This document shows positions 1 through 25,669 of a stretch of DNA of 64,000 bases, piece by piece. The notes under the pieces are model-generated. The model worked only from the letters and a program-made list of their open reading frames with translations. It had not been told where the DNA came from and ran no database searches. How positions within the stretch are numbered: the first letter of the stretch is position 1; each line of letters starts with the position of its first letter. The stretch lies in NCBI GenBank assembly GCA_051362555.1, contig CM120643.1:13738644-13802643 (forward strand). The letters are read 5' to 3'. This DNA is from Lingula anatina. Taxonomy: Eukaryota > Animalia > Brachiopoda. Both the position numbers and the translations under genes were made by a program.

Positions 1-435
1 AGTGTCACTCTCAGCAATGCCAATAGCCTTCATGTATGTACAGTGTAGGTATGTCAAACCACATTAATTTCAGGACAATCATCTGTAAAATACTCTCTGA
101 AAGATATTGCAAAGTTGACCTAACACAGTGGTCCACACAATTTTTACCGGTGTAACACTATCCCATAACAATTGTTTTTTTTATGAAACAGAGTCCTGTT
201 CTGTCTTCTTTTGTTCTTCACTCATGAAATAACTTATTTCTAAAAATCTAATGACAACTTGAGAGAATATCTATCAAAGCCTATTTTCATTCCTTCCAAA
301 CGATATGCCATGCCTGCTACTGCATCTCAAGTTGGGAAACTTCGCTCAAACTCTCTTCTCATCTTCATCATCTTCTTTGCGAAATTATCCCGCCCATAAA
401 AAAACTCTTCTCAACAGCTTTTATATACTCCATTA

Positions 436-15111
<14,676 letters not shown>

Positions 15112-15267
15112 AGCTGAAGAAGAGTTCTACATGTACTAGTACAAGGATCAAATCCCCCGCATCCTAGAACACCATCATTCTAAAATTTACACATGATAAT
15201 TAAAACCTTGATGAAAGAATACAAGGCAGTATATTAATATTACAGTTTGTTAAACATGTGACAGTGT

Positions 15268-15436
15268 CTGGGGTAGTGCTAACACTCGCCAATTTAGCCA
15301 TATGCTAAAAATGACAAAATTGGCTAAACAAAAAGGGCTTGATTTGACTTGTTTTAGTGAAATTATAACCATTTGCATAACAAATTGTCAAAAAAAGTGA
15401 TTTGGCTAAGCGTAAAAATCACTAGCCCTACCCCAG
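15268..15436. mobile_element. MITE with ctggggtag..ctaccccag termini and 5-bp flanking repeat agtgt; second copy at ~18728-18890
   Basis: agtgt|ctggggtagtgcta ... tagccctaccccag|agtgt, with internal ttagcca/tggctaa motifs. Confidence 0.7.
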
Positions 15437-15904
15437 AGTGTGAATGGAAAATGATCATGTTATTGTTATCAAAATGCTGACATGAAGAGGAATGTGAAAG
15501 ATCTTCAATCAAGTTAAAACATTTTTTTTAAATAAAAGCCACTTTGAACAGAGAAGACCCTGCAGCTGAACATAATAATGGCTTCAAAATAACATAATAA
15601 TGGCTTCAAAATAAGTGTGGACAACAAGTCCAATGTAAATTGAGCGGATTGCATTATTGCCTCAGTTTTCAACTTCAAATACTTGGTATTTCTTATCTGT
15701 ATAAGTTCGAAAATTGGTCGAGGTGAAGAGCAAAATCGAGAAAGGGTCTGAGTACTTGAATCACAACATTGTTCTCTTTCAGTTTATTGTCAACTGCGTC
15801 AATATTTTTAAAAATATTTATATTTATTAAAAATAATCTCCCAATGTGTGCTTTTACGGCTTATTCATATGGATTGATTTTCTTTGAAGAAATGCACATT
15901 TTAC

Positions 15905-16030
15905 CTGGTAGTCAAACGCCTGGCCATGAGTCACGGTAGCGAATTTATAACCGGAAGTAGCGCTTCTGTATTTAGAGGCTTGAAACGTTATACCTTGATA
16001 AAATATTGCACCCGGAGTCGGGGAATAAAC
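15905..16030. promoter_or_regulatory. Putative bidirectional promoter shared by NSMAF (minus, non-coding first exon ending at donor ~15904) and the ZNF gene (plus)
   Basis: CpG-enriched patch between head-to-head genes, ETS consensus CCGGAAGT at 15951-15958, and minus-strand donor CAG|GTAAAA at 15904. Duplicated at ~19335-19460 (ETS site 19386-19393). Confidence 0.6.
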
Positions 16031-16229
16031 ATGAATGAATTAGTTTACACCGGAGAGGAACTGTAAAAGATAAAGCTATGTGACCAGATTCTTATCAAAA
16101 TGTGTTTACACATCATGCAGAAATTCACACAGATGACAAGTATTTCAAGAGGATTTTGAATGAAAAGGTAAACTTCTATTGTGACCAGCTCAAGTTCCAT
16201 CAAAACCTTTAAGGGATAGAATTGTAAAC

Positions 16230-17420
16230 ATGGAAGAATACAAATGCCAGAACTGTAACAAGACATTTGCTAATAAGCAGTTGAGAATTGTTCATGAAAA
16301 AATTCACATTGGACAGAAAACACACAAATGCCAGTACTGTGATAAGACATTAAGTTCAAAATATCATCTCAATGTTCACGAAAGAATTCATACTGGAGAG
16401 AAACCATACCTGTGCCAGTATTGTGATAAGACATTTATTCAAAAAAATAATCTCATTGTTCATGAACGAATTCATACTGAAGAGAAACCATACAAATGCC
16501 AGTACTGTGATAAGGCATTTAGTAGAAAATGGAATTACCTTGTTCATAAAGGAAATCACACTAGAGAGAAACCATACAAATGCCAGTACTGTAATATGAC
16601 ATTTAATTATAAACAAATTTGCAGCGACCATGAAAAAGCTCACACTGGAGGGAAACCACACAAATGCCAGTACTGTGATAAGTCATTTATAACAAAACGG
16701 AAATGCGTTGTTCATGAAAGAATTCACACCGGAGAGAAACCTTACAAATGCCAGTACTGTGATAAGACATTTAGTAGAAAGTGGAATTGCATTGTTCATG
16801 AAAGATTTCACACTAGAGAGAAACCATACAAGTGCCAGTACTGTGATATGGCATTTATTAAAAAACAGAAATGCATTGTTCATGAAAGATTTCACACCAG
16901 AGAAAAAACATACAAATGCCAGCACTGTGATAAGGCATTTAGTAAAGAACATCACTGCACTGAACATGAAAAAATTCACACTGGTGAGAAACCATACAAA
17001 TGCCTGTTGTGTGATAAGGCATTTGCTTCAAAATATTTTTGCCTTATTCATGAAAGAAATCACACTGTAAAGAAACCATACAAATGCCAGTACTGTGATA
17101 AGACATTTACACTACAATGGCATTGTAGTCGTCATGAAGGAATTCACAGTGGAGAGAAACCGTACAGGCGTGTGTTTTGTTGTAAGACATTTGTCAGCAG
17201 AAATGAATGTGATATACATGAAAAAGATCACATTGATGTGTCACCTGTCCTGACAGCACATAGACCATATGATACGGAAGTTAATAACGGTAAAAATCTA
17301 GTCTCTCAGAATAATAATGGGGCATCACAGGAATTAGTCAAAATTGAAATCCAGGAATACGATCCTGCAATTAGAGAGCAACCATACCCTGTGGCCCTGT
17401 TTAAAAATGCATTTGCTTAG
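16230..17420 (+). CDS. Intronless tandem C2H2 zinc-finger protein, 396 aa, 12 fingers (last finger has C->R)
   Basis: Repeated CxxC-x12-HxxxH units with TGEKPY-type linkers. The C-terminal tail has a VKIE SUMO-consensus motif. No N-terminal effector domain. Confidence 0.93.
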   Translation: MEEYKCQNCNKTFANKQLRIVHEKIHIGQKTHKCQYCDKTLSSKYHLNVHERIHTGEKPYLCQYCDKTFIQKNNLIVHERIHTEEKPYKCQYCDKAFSRKWNYLVHKGNHTREKPYKCQYCNMTFNYKQICSDHEKAHTGGKPHKCQYCDKSFITKRKCVVHERIHTGEKPYKCQYCDKTFSRKWNCIVHERFHTREKPYKCQYCDMAFIKKQKCIVHERFHTREKTYKCQHCDKAFSKEHHCTEHEKIHTGEKPYKCLLCDKAFASKYFCLIHERNHTVKKPYKCQYCDKTFTLQWHCSRHEGIHSGEKPYRRVFCCKTFVSRNECDIHEKDHIDVSPVLTAHRPYDTEVNNGKNLVSQNNNGASQELVKIEIQEYDPAIREQPYPVALFKNAFA

Positions 17421-18099
17421 CTCTTTGTATGAAACTCTGTATACTTGTATCATGATGCAGTAGTTACAAGGTAAAATGATTGCAAGTTGCATTTTGGCGT
17501 ATAATACCCAAACAATTGATAATAAGTAGAGTTGATAAATAACATATTAATAAAATTGCTTTTCAAAGCATATACTAAAAAGATAATTTAGCTTATCCTT
17601 GTCATTCTTTAAGTTCCGAAAGGAGGAATTCCACAGTTCTGAGCACCAATTTTCTTAAGTGGCAAAGTGTGTTTTTACCAGCTAGGTAAAATAGATACAC
17701 TGGCCAGGAAGTATAATTGTGAGTGTTCTTCACTGAATAGATTTAATTTATTACATTGCACTGCACATCACATTACCCATCTGGGTCAAACATGATGGGT
17801 TATATAACAAAATTGTATCACACTGACAGTTCACAGAAAATTTGAGCAAGTCAAAGGTGGTCTTGATATAAAGACAAGGGTGGCAGCTTGTTTATTTGTT
17901 GATCTGCTTTACCTGTCTCTGAGCCACTCGCCTATGGCTTTTATGCAGAGATAAAACCCACCTTATGCCATGGTCATTATCAGTTTATTCAGCTACTTAA
18001 GATAGAAAGGGTATTCTTAAGAGAAACCAAATACAAATTTATTGGTAATTTTTTGGTAAATATGACCATACTACGTCCATAGTCCAATATCTTATTTAC

Positions 18100-18566
18100 T
18101 TTATAATTGCCTCGTCTTCAGATGGTGATGGTGGATAGTAAAACACACTGAAATCCTCAAAATAGATTTCTCCAGGATCCAGCAGCAACAAGGAGAATCT
18201 ACAAAAAAAGGGGCATTATGTTATTGGCAAGGATTTTTTTCGATAAAATTTCTTTCAAACAAATGCCTTTGAAATGAATACCGGTAGTTCTATCTATTAT
18301 GTACAGTTATATTGTAGCATGATAAACAGGGGCGGATTGAGGCTGTCTTCTGGTCTCAGAAGACGGTCAGATTTTCAAATTTACATTGAAGGGCATCTAA
18401 TTTTTTCGATCGGAAGATGGTTAGAAATGGAGGATTGATCAACAAAGATAATTTGGAAGACCGTCAGAAAATATCTCTGGATCCATCCCTGATAAATACA
18501 TGGAAAATATAAGAAAAAAAATGCTCACCTTTCCTTTGGCTGTGTCACAGCTTCAATAAAAGCCAT
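18100..18566 (-). pseudogene. NSMAF: Duplicated NSMAF coding exons 1 (18529-18566) and 2 (18100-18198); partial copy or alternative 5' end
   Basis: Encodes MAFIEAVTQPKE|RFSLLLLDPGEIYFEDFSVFYYPPSPSEDEAII with an intact ATG, acceptor and GT. The exon 2 donor has changed from AAG|GTAATT to AAA|GTAAAT. Confidence 0.85.
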
Positions 18567-19661
18567 AGCTGAAGAAGAGTTCTACATGTACTAGTACAAG
18601 GCTCAAATCCCCCGCATCCTAGAACACCATCATTCCAAAATTTACACATGATAATTAAAACCTTGATGAAAGAATACAAGGCAGTAAATTAAAATTATAT
18701 TACAGTTTGTAAAACATGTGACAGTGTCTGGGGTAGTGCTCACCAATTTAGCCAAATGCTAAAAATGACATAAATTGGCTAAACAAAAAGGGCTTGATTT
18801 GACTTGTTTTAGTGAAATTATAACCATTTGCATAACAAATTGTCAAAAAAGTGATTTGGCTAAGCGTAAAAATCACTAGCCCTACCCCAGAGTGTGAATG
18901 GAAAATGATCATGTTATTGTTATCAAAATGCTGACATGAAGAGGAATGTGAAAGATCTTCAATCAAGTTAAAACATTTTTTTAAAATAAAAGCCATTTTG
19001 AACAGAGAAGACCCTGCAGCTGAACATAATAATGGCTTCAAAATAAGTGTGGACAACAAGTCCAATGTAAATTGAGCAGATTGCATTATTGTCTCAGTTT
19101 TCAACTTCAAATACTTGGTATTTTTTATCTGTGTAAGATCGAAAATTGGTCGAGGTAAAGAGCAAAATCGAGAAAGGGTCCGAGTACTTCAATCACAACA
19201 TTGTTCTCTTTCAGCTTATTGTCAACTGCGTCAATATTTTTTTAAATATTTATAATTATTAAAAATAATCTCCCAATGTGTGTTTTTACGGCTTATTCAT
19301 ATGGATTGATTTTCTTTGAAGAAATGCACATTTTACCTGGTACTAGTCAAACGCCTGGCCATGAGTCACGGTAGCGAATTTATAACCGGAAGTAGCGCTT
19401 CTGTATTCAGAGGCTAGAAACGTTATACCTTGATAAATTGCACCCGGAGTCAGAGAATAAACATGAATGAATTAGTTTACACCGGAGAGTAACTGTAAAA
19501 GATAAAGCTATGTGACAAGATTCTTATGAAAATGTTTTTACACATCATGCAGAAATTCACACAGATGACAAGTATTTCAAGAGGATTTTGAATGAAAAGG
19601 TAAACTTGTATTGTGACCAGCTCAAGTTCCATCAAAACCTTTAAGGGACAGAATTGTAAAC

Positions 19662-20951
19662 ATGGAATTGGAAGAATACAAATGCCAGAACTGTAACAAG
19701 ACATTTGCTAATAAGCAGTTGAGAATTGTTCATGAAAAAAGTCACACTGGACAGAAAACACACAAATGCCAGTACTGTGATAAGACATTAAGTACAAAAT
19801 TTGGTCTCATTGTTCACGAAAGAATTCATACTGGAGAGAAGCCATACCTGTGCCAGTATTGTGATAAGACATTTATTCAAAAAAGGAGTTGCATTGTTCA
19901 TGAAAGAATTCACACCGGAGAGAAACGGTACAAATGCCAGTACTGTGATATGACATTTACTTATAAACAAAATTGCAAAGACCATGAAAAAACTCACACT
20001 GGAAAGAAACTACACAAATGCCAGTACTGTGATAAAATTTTTGTTGAAAAACAGAAATGTGTTGTTCATGAAAGAAATCACACTAGAGAGAAACCAAACA
20101 AATGCCAGTACTGTGATAAGATATTTATGCATAAACAGAACTGTGTTGATCATGAAAAAATTCACACAGGAGAGAAACCATACAAATGCCAGTACTGTGA
20201 TAAGACATTTATTACAAAACACAAATGCGTTGTTCACGAAAGAATTCACACCGGAGAGAAACCTTACAAATGCCAGTACTGTGATAAGGCATTTAATAAA
20301 AAATGGAATTGCATGGTTCATGAAATAAATCACACTAGAGAGAAACCATACAAATGCCAGTACTGTGATATGGCATTTATTGAAAAACAGAAATGCATTG
20401 TTCATGAAAGATTTCACACCACTGTGACCAGAGAAGAAACATACAAATGCCAGTACTGTGATAAGGCATTTAGTAAAGAACGTCATTGCATTGAACATGA
20501 AAAAATTCACACTGGTGAGAAACCATACAAATGCCTGTTGTGTGATAAGGCATTTGCTTCAAAATATTATTGCCTTATTCATGAAAGAAATCACACTGTA
20601 AAGAAACCATACAAATGCCAGTACTGTGATAAGACATTTACACTACAATGGCATTGTAGTCGTCATGAAGGAATTCACACTGGAGAGAAACCGTACAGGT
20701 GTGTGTTTTGTTGTAAGACATTTGTCAGCAGAAATGAATGTGATATACATGAAAAAGATCATACTAATGTGTCACCTGTCCTGACAGCACATAGACCATA
20801 TGATACAGAAGTTAATAATGGTAAAAATCCAGTCTCTCAGAATAATAATGGGGCATCACAGGAATTAGTCAAAATTGAAATCCAGGAATACGATCCTGCA
20901 ATTAGAGAGCAACCATACCCTGTGGCCCTGTTTAAAAATGCATTTGCTTAG
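19662..20951 (+). CDS. Intronless tandem C2H2 zinc-finger protein, 429 aa, 13 fingers; paralog of 16230-17420
   Basis: Same architecture. The first finger, last fingers and tail are near-identical to copy A, while the middle fingers have diverged. Confidence 0.93.
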   Translation: MELEEYKCQNCNKTFANKQLRIVHEKSHTGQKTHKCQYCDKTLSTKFGLIVHERIHTGEKPYLCQYCDKTFIQKRSCIVHERIHTGEKRYKCQYCDMTFTYKQNCKDHEKTHTGKKLHKCQYCDKIFVEKQKCVVHERNHTREKPNKCQYCDKIFMHKQNCVDHEKIHTGEKPYKCQYCDKTFITKHKCVVHERIHTGEKPYKCQYCDKAFNKKWNCMVHEINHTREKPYKCQYCDMAFIEKQKCIVHERFHTTVTREETYKCQYCDKAFSKERHCIEHEKIHTGEKPYKCLLCDKAFASKYYCLIHERNHTVKKPYKCQYCDKTFTLQWHCSRHEGIHTGEKPYRCVFCCKTFVSRNECDIHEKDHTNVSPVLTAHRPYDTEVNNGKNPVSQNNNGASQELVKIEIQEYDPAIREQPYPVALFKNAFA

Positions 20952-22083
20952 CTCTTAGTCTTTGTATGAAACTCTGTAAACTTGTATCATGATGCAGCAG
21001 TTAGAAGGTAAAATGATTGCAAGTTGCATTTTGGCATATAATACCCAAGAAATTGATAATAAGTAGAGTTGATAAATAATAAAATTGCTTTTTAAAGCAC
21101 ACACTAAACTGGTGGTTAAAAGATAATTCAGCTTATCCTTGTCATCCTTTATGTTCTGAAAGAAGGAATTCCACAGTTCTAAGTACCAATTTTCTTAAGT
21201 GGCAAAGTGTGTTTTTACCAGCTAGGTAAAATAGATACACTAGCTGGCCAGGAAGTATAATTGTGAGTGTTCTTCACTGAATAGATTTAATTTATTACAT
21301 TGCACTGCGCATTACATTACCCATCTGGGTCAAACAGGACGGGTTATTTAACAAAATTGTATCACACTGACAATTCACAGAAAATTTGAGCAGGTCAAAG
21401 GTGGTCTTGATATAAAGACAAGGGTGGCAGCTTGTTCATTTGTTGATCTGCTTTACCTGTCTCTGATGCACTCCTATGGCTTTTATACAGAGATAAATAT
21501 ATCTTAACTTCAAAATTGTTTACAAACATACTGTAAGCACAGCCTTATGAAAATCAGACCAATTCATTCTGGGACTAGTTGAGTTCATACTGGGTACAGA
21601 ACTATGGAATGTTCATTTAAAAAGTTCAAAATGGGCTTGATCAGACCAATTTTCCAAAATTCCTGCCATTTTCCCCCAGCATGTTACAGGAGTGAAATGC
21701 TAAATATCTCACAGACCGATATGCTTGGGAAAAGTTTCTGGGAAAATCAAATGTACAAACAAGCAGAAACCTACTAGTATGCAGATGAAGATCAAAGAAG
21801 TAGGACCAATTATTATTCCAAATTTTATTTCATTTATATTAGTTACTGCTAAGATCATATATATGTGGGTCTGGTGAATTTAATTCTTTCCAAACAGTGC
21901 GAGCAAGGCTGATCTCCTTTATACAACTCATTATGAATTAATTTAAGGGAGGAGGCAAGGAGGATTAATGCCAATCAAATTGAGGCATTCATACACCAAG
22001 TACACCAAGGACATAGTAAGGATGAGCTCATTTCTAACTTGCTGTAAAATAGACCACAATGTTTGTTTTTATAAATTTAAAGT

Positions 22084-22286
22084 AAGACCCAGCTCTTATA
22101 CCTATAGATTGATCTAGCAGGATCAACCCATCTCAGAGGGATTTCTCACTGAATTGCTTTTGGCTTAAGTAAGTGGCTCTGATGTCTGGTACACCTACTG
22201 AAGCTGTTAGGGAGTATAACTATTGTTTAGCAGTTTCTGTAAGCATGCCAGACTTAATTCTAAGCGGCTCAATCTGAGTGCAATTT

Positions 22287-22328
<42 letters not shown>

Positions 22329-22384
22329 AAAAAGATGGGTTGATCCAGTTATATAGATTGATCTTGGTATGGGAATGGTATCTT
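22084..22384. mobile_element. Harbinger-like MITE (palindromic, internal poly-A run); relatives at ~36108-36352 and ~38599-38897
   Basis: Shared motifs (tagattgatctagcaggatcaacccatctc..gggatttctc and gggaatggt) and TAA/TTA flanks across the three loci. Confidence 0.7.
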
Positions 22385-22538
22385 AGGCCCCATTCAGAAT
22401 AGGGTACTGACTAGTCTGAGGATCAAATATGGGGACCCACTACAAAGCTTGCTGTCTAATCCGCTAAGAGACACAGCTAGACTAGATATCGTGCGGGGAA
22501 GTATTCGAATGGGTCAGTCATATTTTCAGAATGAGGCC
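22385..22538. mobile_element. Harbinger-like MITE abutting the previous element
   Basis: tta|ggccccattcagaa ... ttcagaatgaggcc|taa. The 5' part (cattcagaatagg...gatcaaatatgggga) is shared with 30434-30650. Confidence 0.7.
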
Positions 22539-23366
22539 TAAAAGACAAAAACATGAGTTGTTGTATTTAACAGTCGACCCAATCATTATGCAAACCTCAT
22601 GAAATACTCTAATGTCCTTCATTTTTCTAATACTTTGGGTTGAAACCTGCAGATAGACTGAAGGCATGAGGCCATTCCATTTTCACACCTGCAAACTTAA
22701 GCTTCAGTTCAAGAAGAAGGTGTACCATTTGATTAAGCTATTTTTGTATTGAGGAGGAAACACTTTCCTGTACCCTTACCCTTGGTGTGCAGGTAAACCA
22801 ACACATAATTTCTGTGAAAATTGAGTGCATTATTTATCAATAATTGAATATAAATTGATGCTATTTTCCATAACTAATTGATCAGTAAGGTATGAACTTA
22901 ATTACCGCAATTTTTAATCTACTACTGGTTTTTCTAGGAAAATTTGATGGAAAATCAGACTGTCTCAAATTTTTGATGGCTACATGCATGGATATTCCGT
23001 AACAAAATTGAAATGTTTGAGAGGGAATTAAGGGATTGATTTTAAAAGCTATTTAATGGATTATATATATTATCATAGATGGTTATCCACATTCTGTAGA
23101 AGCATTGTTTATGAACTATAATTTCAATTTCTGAATCATCCACATACATTGTATCTAATACTCATCCCCCCTCTAATTTTTAGAATATTTTCTAAACCAG
23201 TGATCAAGTTTCTCTGTGCCACAGAGGAACTACCACCTGTGTGAGTACCTGTACCTGATCTGTAATGACATTAGAAATGAGCTCTTTGAAAGAGGATCAT
23301 TATTAAAGAAATGGAATTCCATCGAGTGCATTTATGTATTGAGTGCTTATTGCATTTCCTCTGTTT

Positions 23367-23592
23367 TTAAACACAGACCATCTTCAAATTTGCGTGAGTG
23401 ATTCATAACAATGAAATACAGGTAAAATTCAGATATGAGAGTTATGGGACTGTACATCATACTTATAATTTAATGCCTTAAACACAGACCATCTTCAAAT
23501 TTGCGTGAGTGATTCATAACAATGAAATATAGGTAAAATTCAGATATGAGAGTTATGGGACTGTACATCATACTTATAATTTAATGCCTTAA
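23367..23592. repeat. 111-bp tandem duplication
   Basis: ttaaacacagaccatcttcaaatttgcgtgagtg...atttaatgcc occurs at 23367 and 23478, with one mismatch seen. Confidence 0.92.
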
Positions 23593-25669
23593 ATTAATTT
23601 TCAGTTTTCTCGACTTTTCATTGAAATAGCAGCTATAAAAACAAATTATTACATTTTATTAAATTTAATTTCCAGAAGTTTGTAAGGATGTTATATAATC
23701 TGGGTTTAGGGCTAATGTCTTTTGGATGTATACTCATATAATCAGTTTATAAGTCAAGTCAAGGAAGTCAGTTTGTGTAGTGTCAAGGTATCTCAATTAA
23801 ATGAGAAGCCAGATCTTTGATAAATAAGTCGCCCATAAGTACATCCACCTCAAATGTATTTAGGATTGGCCCTCTGCTTTGAAACTATTAATAGTTTATA
23901 ATATAATAATTTACCTTGTTCAATCAGTTTAAATTATCAACCTATTGCAATTGTCTACTGGCACCAGCAGAAGTTATTTTATATTAAGGCTCTAAGTCTT
24001 CTTTATCATAAGTGTAATTTAATTGAAGTGACTGCTGTCGCAACCCACCTGGCTGGAAAGCCAATATAATGCAATAAATTATTGTATATATATATATATG
24101 AATGTATGTAACGATAGACATAAATGTATCGGTCAGTAGTTAGACCATATGCCGATCTATAGAAAGCAAAACATGACGTTATGTTAGGGCAACTGCATTC
24201 TCAGAAATTAAATTGCAAAACCTTAGTAACAATTAAGGCATTGTGAAAAAATGCACTCAAGGCTGAGGACAAAATCAATTCGTAAAATAAACGTGCATAA
24301 TGTAATACTCCTTTAATTCACTCCATCTTATTTCTGTTAGTATTAATGTGCTAATATTATCCAAAAGAGTTGTTAATAATTTTTAAAACTTTCTCCTAAA
24401 ATAGGCTAAAACCTTTGCTACTGAATATAAAAAATTTCCCATTCTAGTAAGGCATGAATTCAAATTTTAAAATTATTTACACAAAAAGTCAGATTTATCA
24501 CTTTCTGTCACCATGCAGAGAAAAAAGAAATGTGGAATTTGCACATGTATCTTTAACTTTTCTTCAAATGGACCTACATATTTTGAGAATGAGTGAATAC
24601 TCATGCAGGAATAATTACTGGTAACAAAATATTTTAAGTTTGTAAGAATTTATTGCCCAATCAATAAATGTTACTATCTGCATCTTTTTTTTTTTTTTTT
24701 TTTTTTTATTGAAAAATTTCAGTATAAGAAAGTACATATACCCAAGTATGGTAAATGCACACTGCGCACTCACTCTCTCTACTATCTGCATCTTAGTTAC
24801 CCCAAGGAGTTATAATTCCTTGGTTACACTTCCTTTCAATATTAACCTGCATTTCCACTACTCTGAACAACCCAAGTAAAGTGCACTTTTTAATATCATC
24901 ATAAGCAACAGATATAAATACATTAAAAGTTAATAACTGTAATAGTCCATTAAGGTTTATTCTCTGGACTCATCACCTGATAAACACATGATGGAATTAT
25001 AAACAATGGACAAGTTTTATCAGATCAGTGTCAAGGAGGAGCAGAAACCTTGCAGGCAAATTAAATATCATAATGCAGTCTGAGGAGAGACTGAGACTAC
25101 TAGTAACTGGGTCTCGACTGATTCTAATTTTGACCTAAATATGGGTTGTAAAACTATATATTGTACTTAAATTATTTCTCTAAAAACTCTAATTAAAATG
25201 CCCCTGATAAGTGCAAGGAGAGGGGGCGGGGCATATACTAGTAACTCAAAGTAAAAGTCTGAGCTTTCTGCTAATGTTCCAAATATCTAAACTTACTTTA
25301 GAATTCGACAGAAAAATAACTAATTTTACGAGGAGTTAAATGTCCATGTACAAGCAATGACAGGGTAACAGTGTTAAGGCACATTATCAAAATTAAGAGA
25401 CACTGATGTTTTTTGTATCAGTAAATGATCATGTAAGCAGGAGCAGTACCATAGTTGCCTTAGTGGGCTACTTGGCCACTTGTACAAATAACCATATCAA
25501 ATATAGTGCATGTAATCAATATGTGCATTGTACATTTCCATAAATATTTTTGACATCACCATCACCTGATCATCTGCTGCCACACTACAAAGAGTACTTG
25601 AGTTAGATAGCTTACATTTTACTGTTGAACTATTCACCGAGTGCTTACCTTGTGTTCTGAGGTGACAAT

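Larger units (their letters stand above)
18004..21497. repeat. Tandem segmental duplication, copy B
   Basis: Matches 13898-17955 but lacks the 603-bp transposon, the 41-bp donor duplication and a 22-bp duplication (15569-15612). Confidence 0.95.

Noticed and set aside
16356-20510. Antisense and alternate-frame ORFs over the zinc-finger genes
   Set aside because: These are shadow ORFs of the 84-bp finger periodicity, with no independent coding signal.
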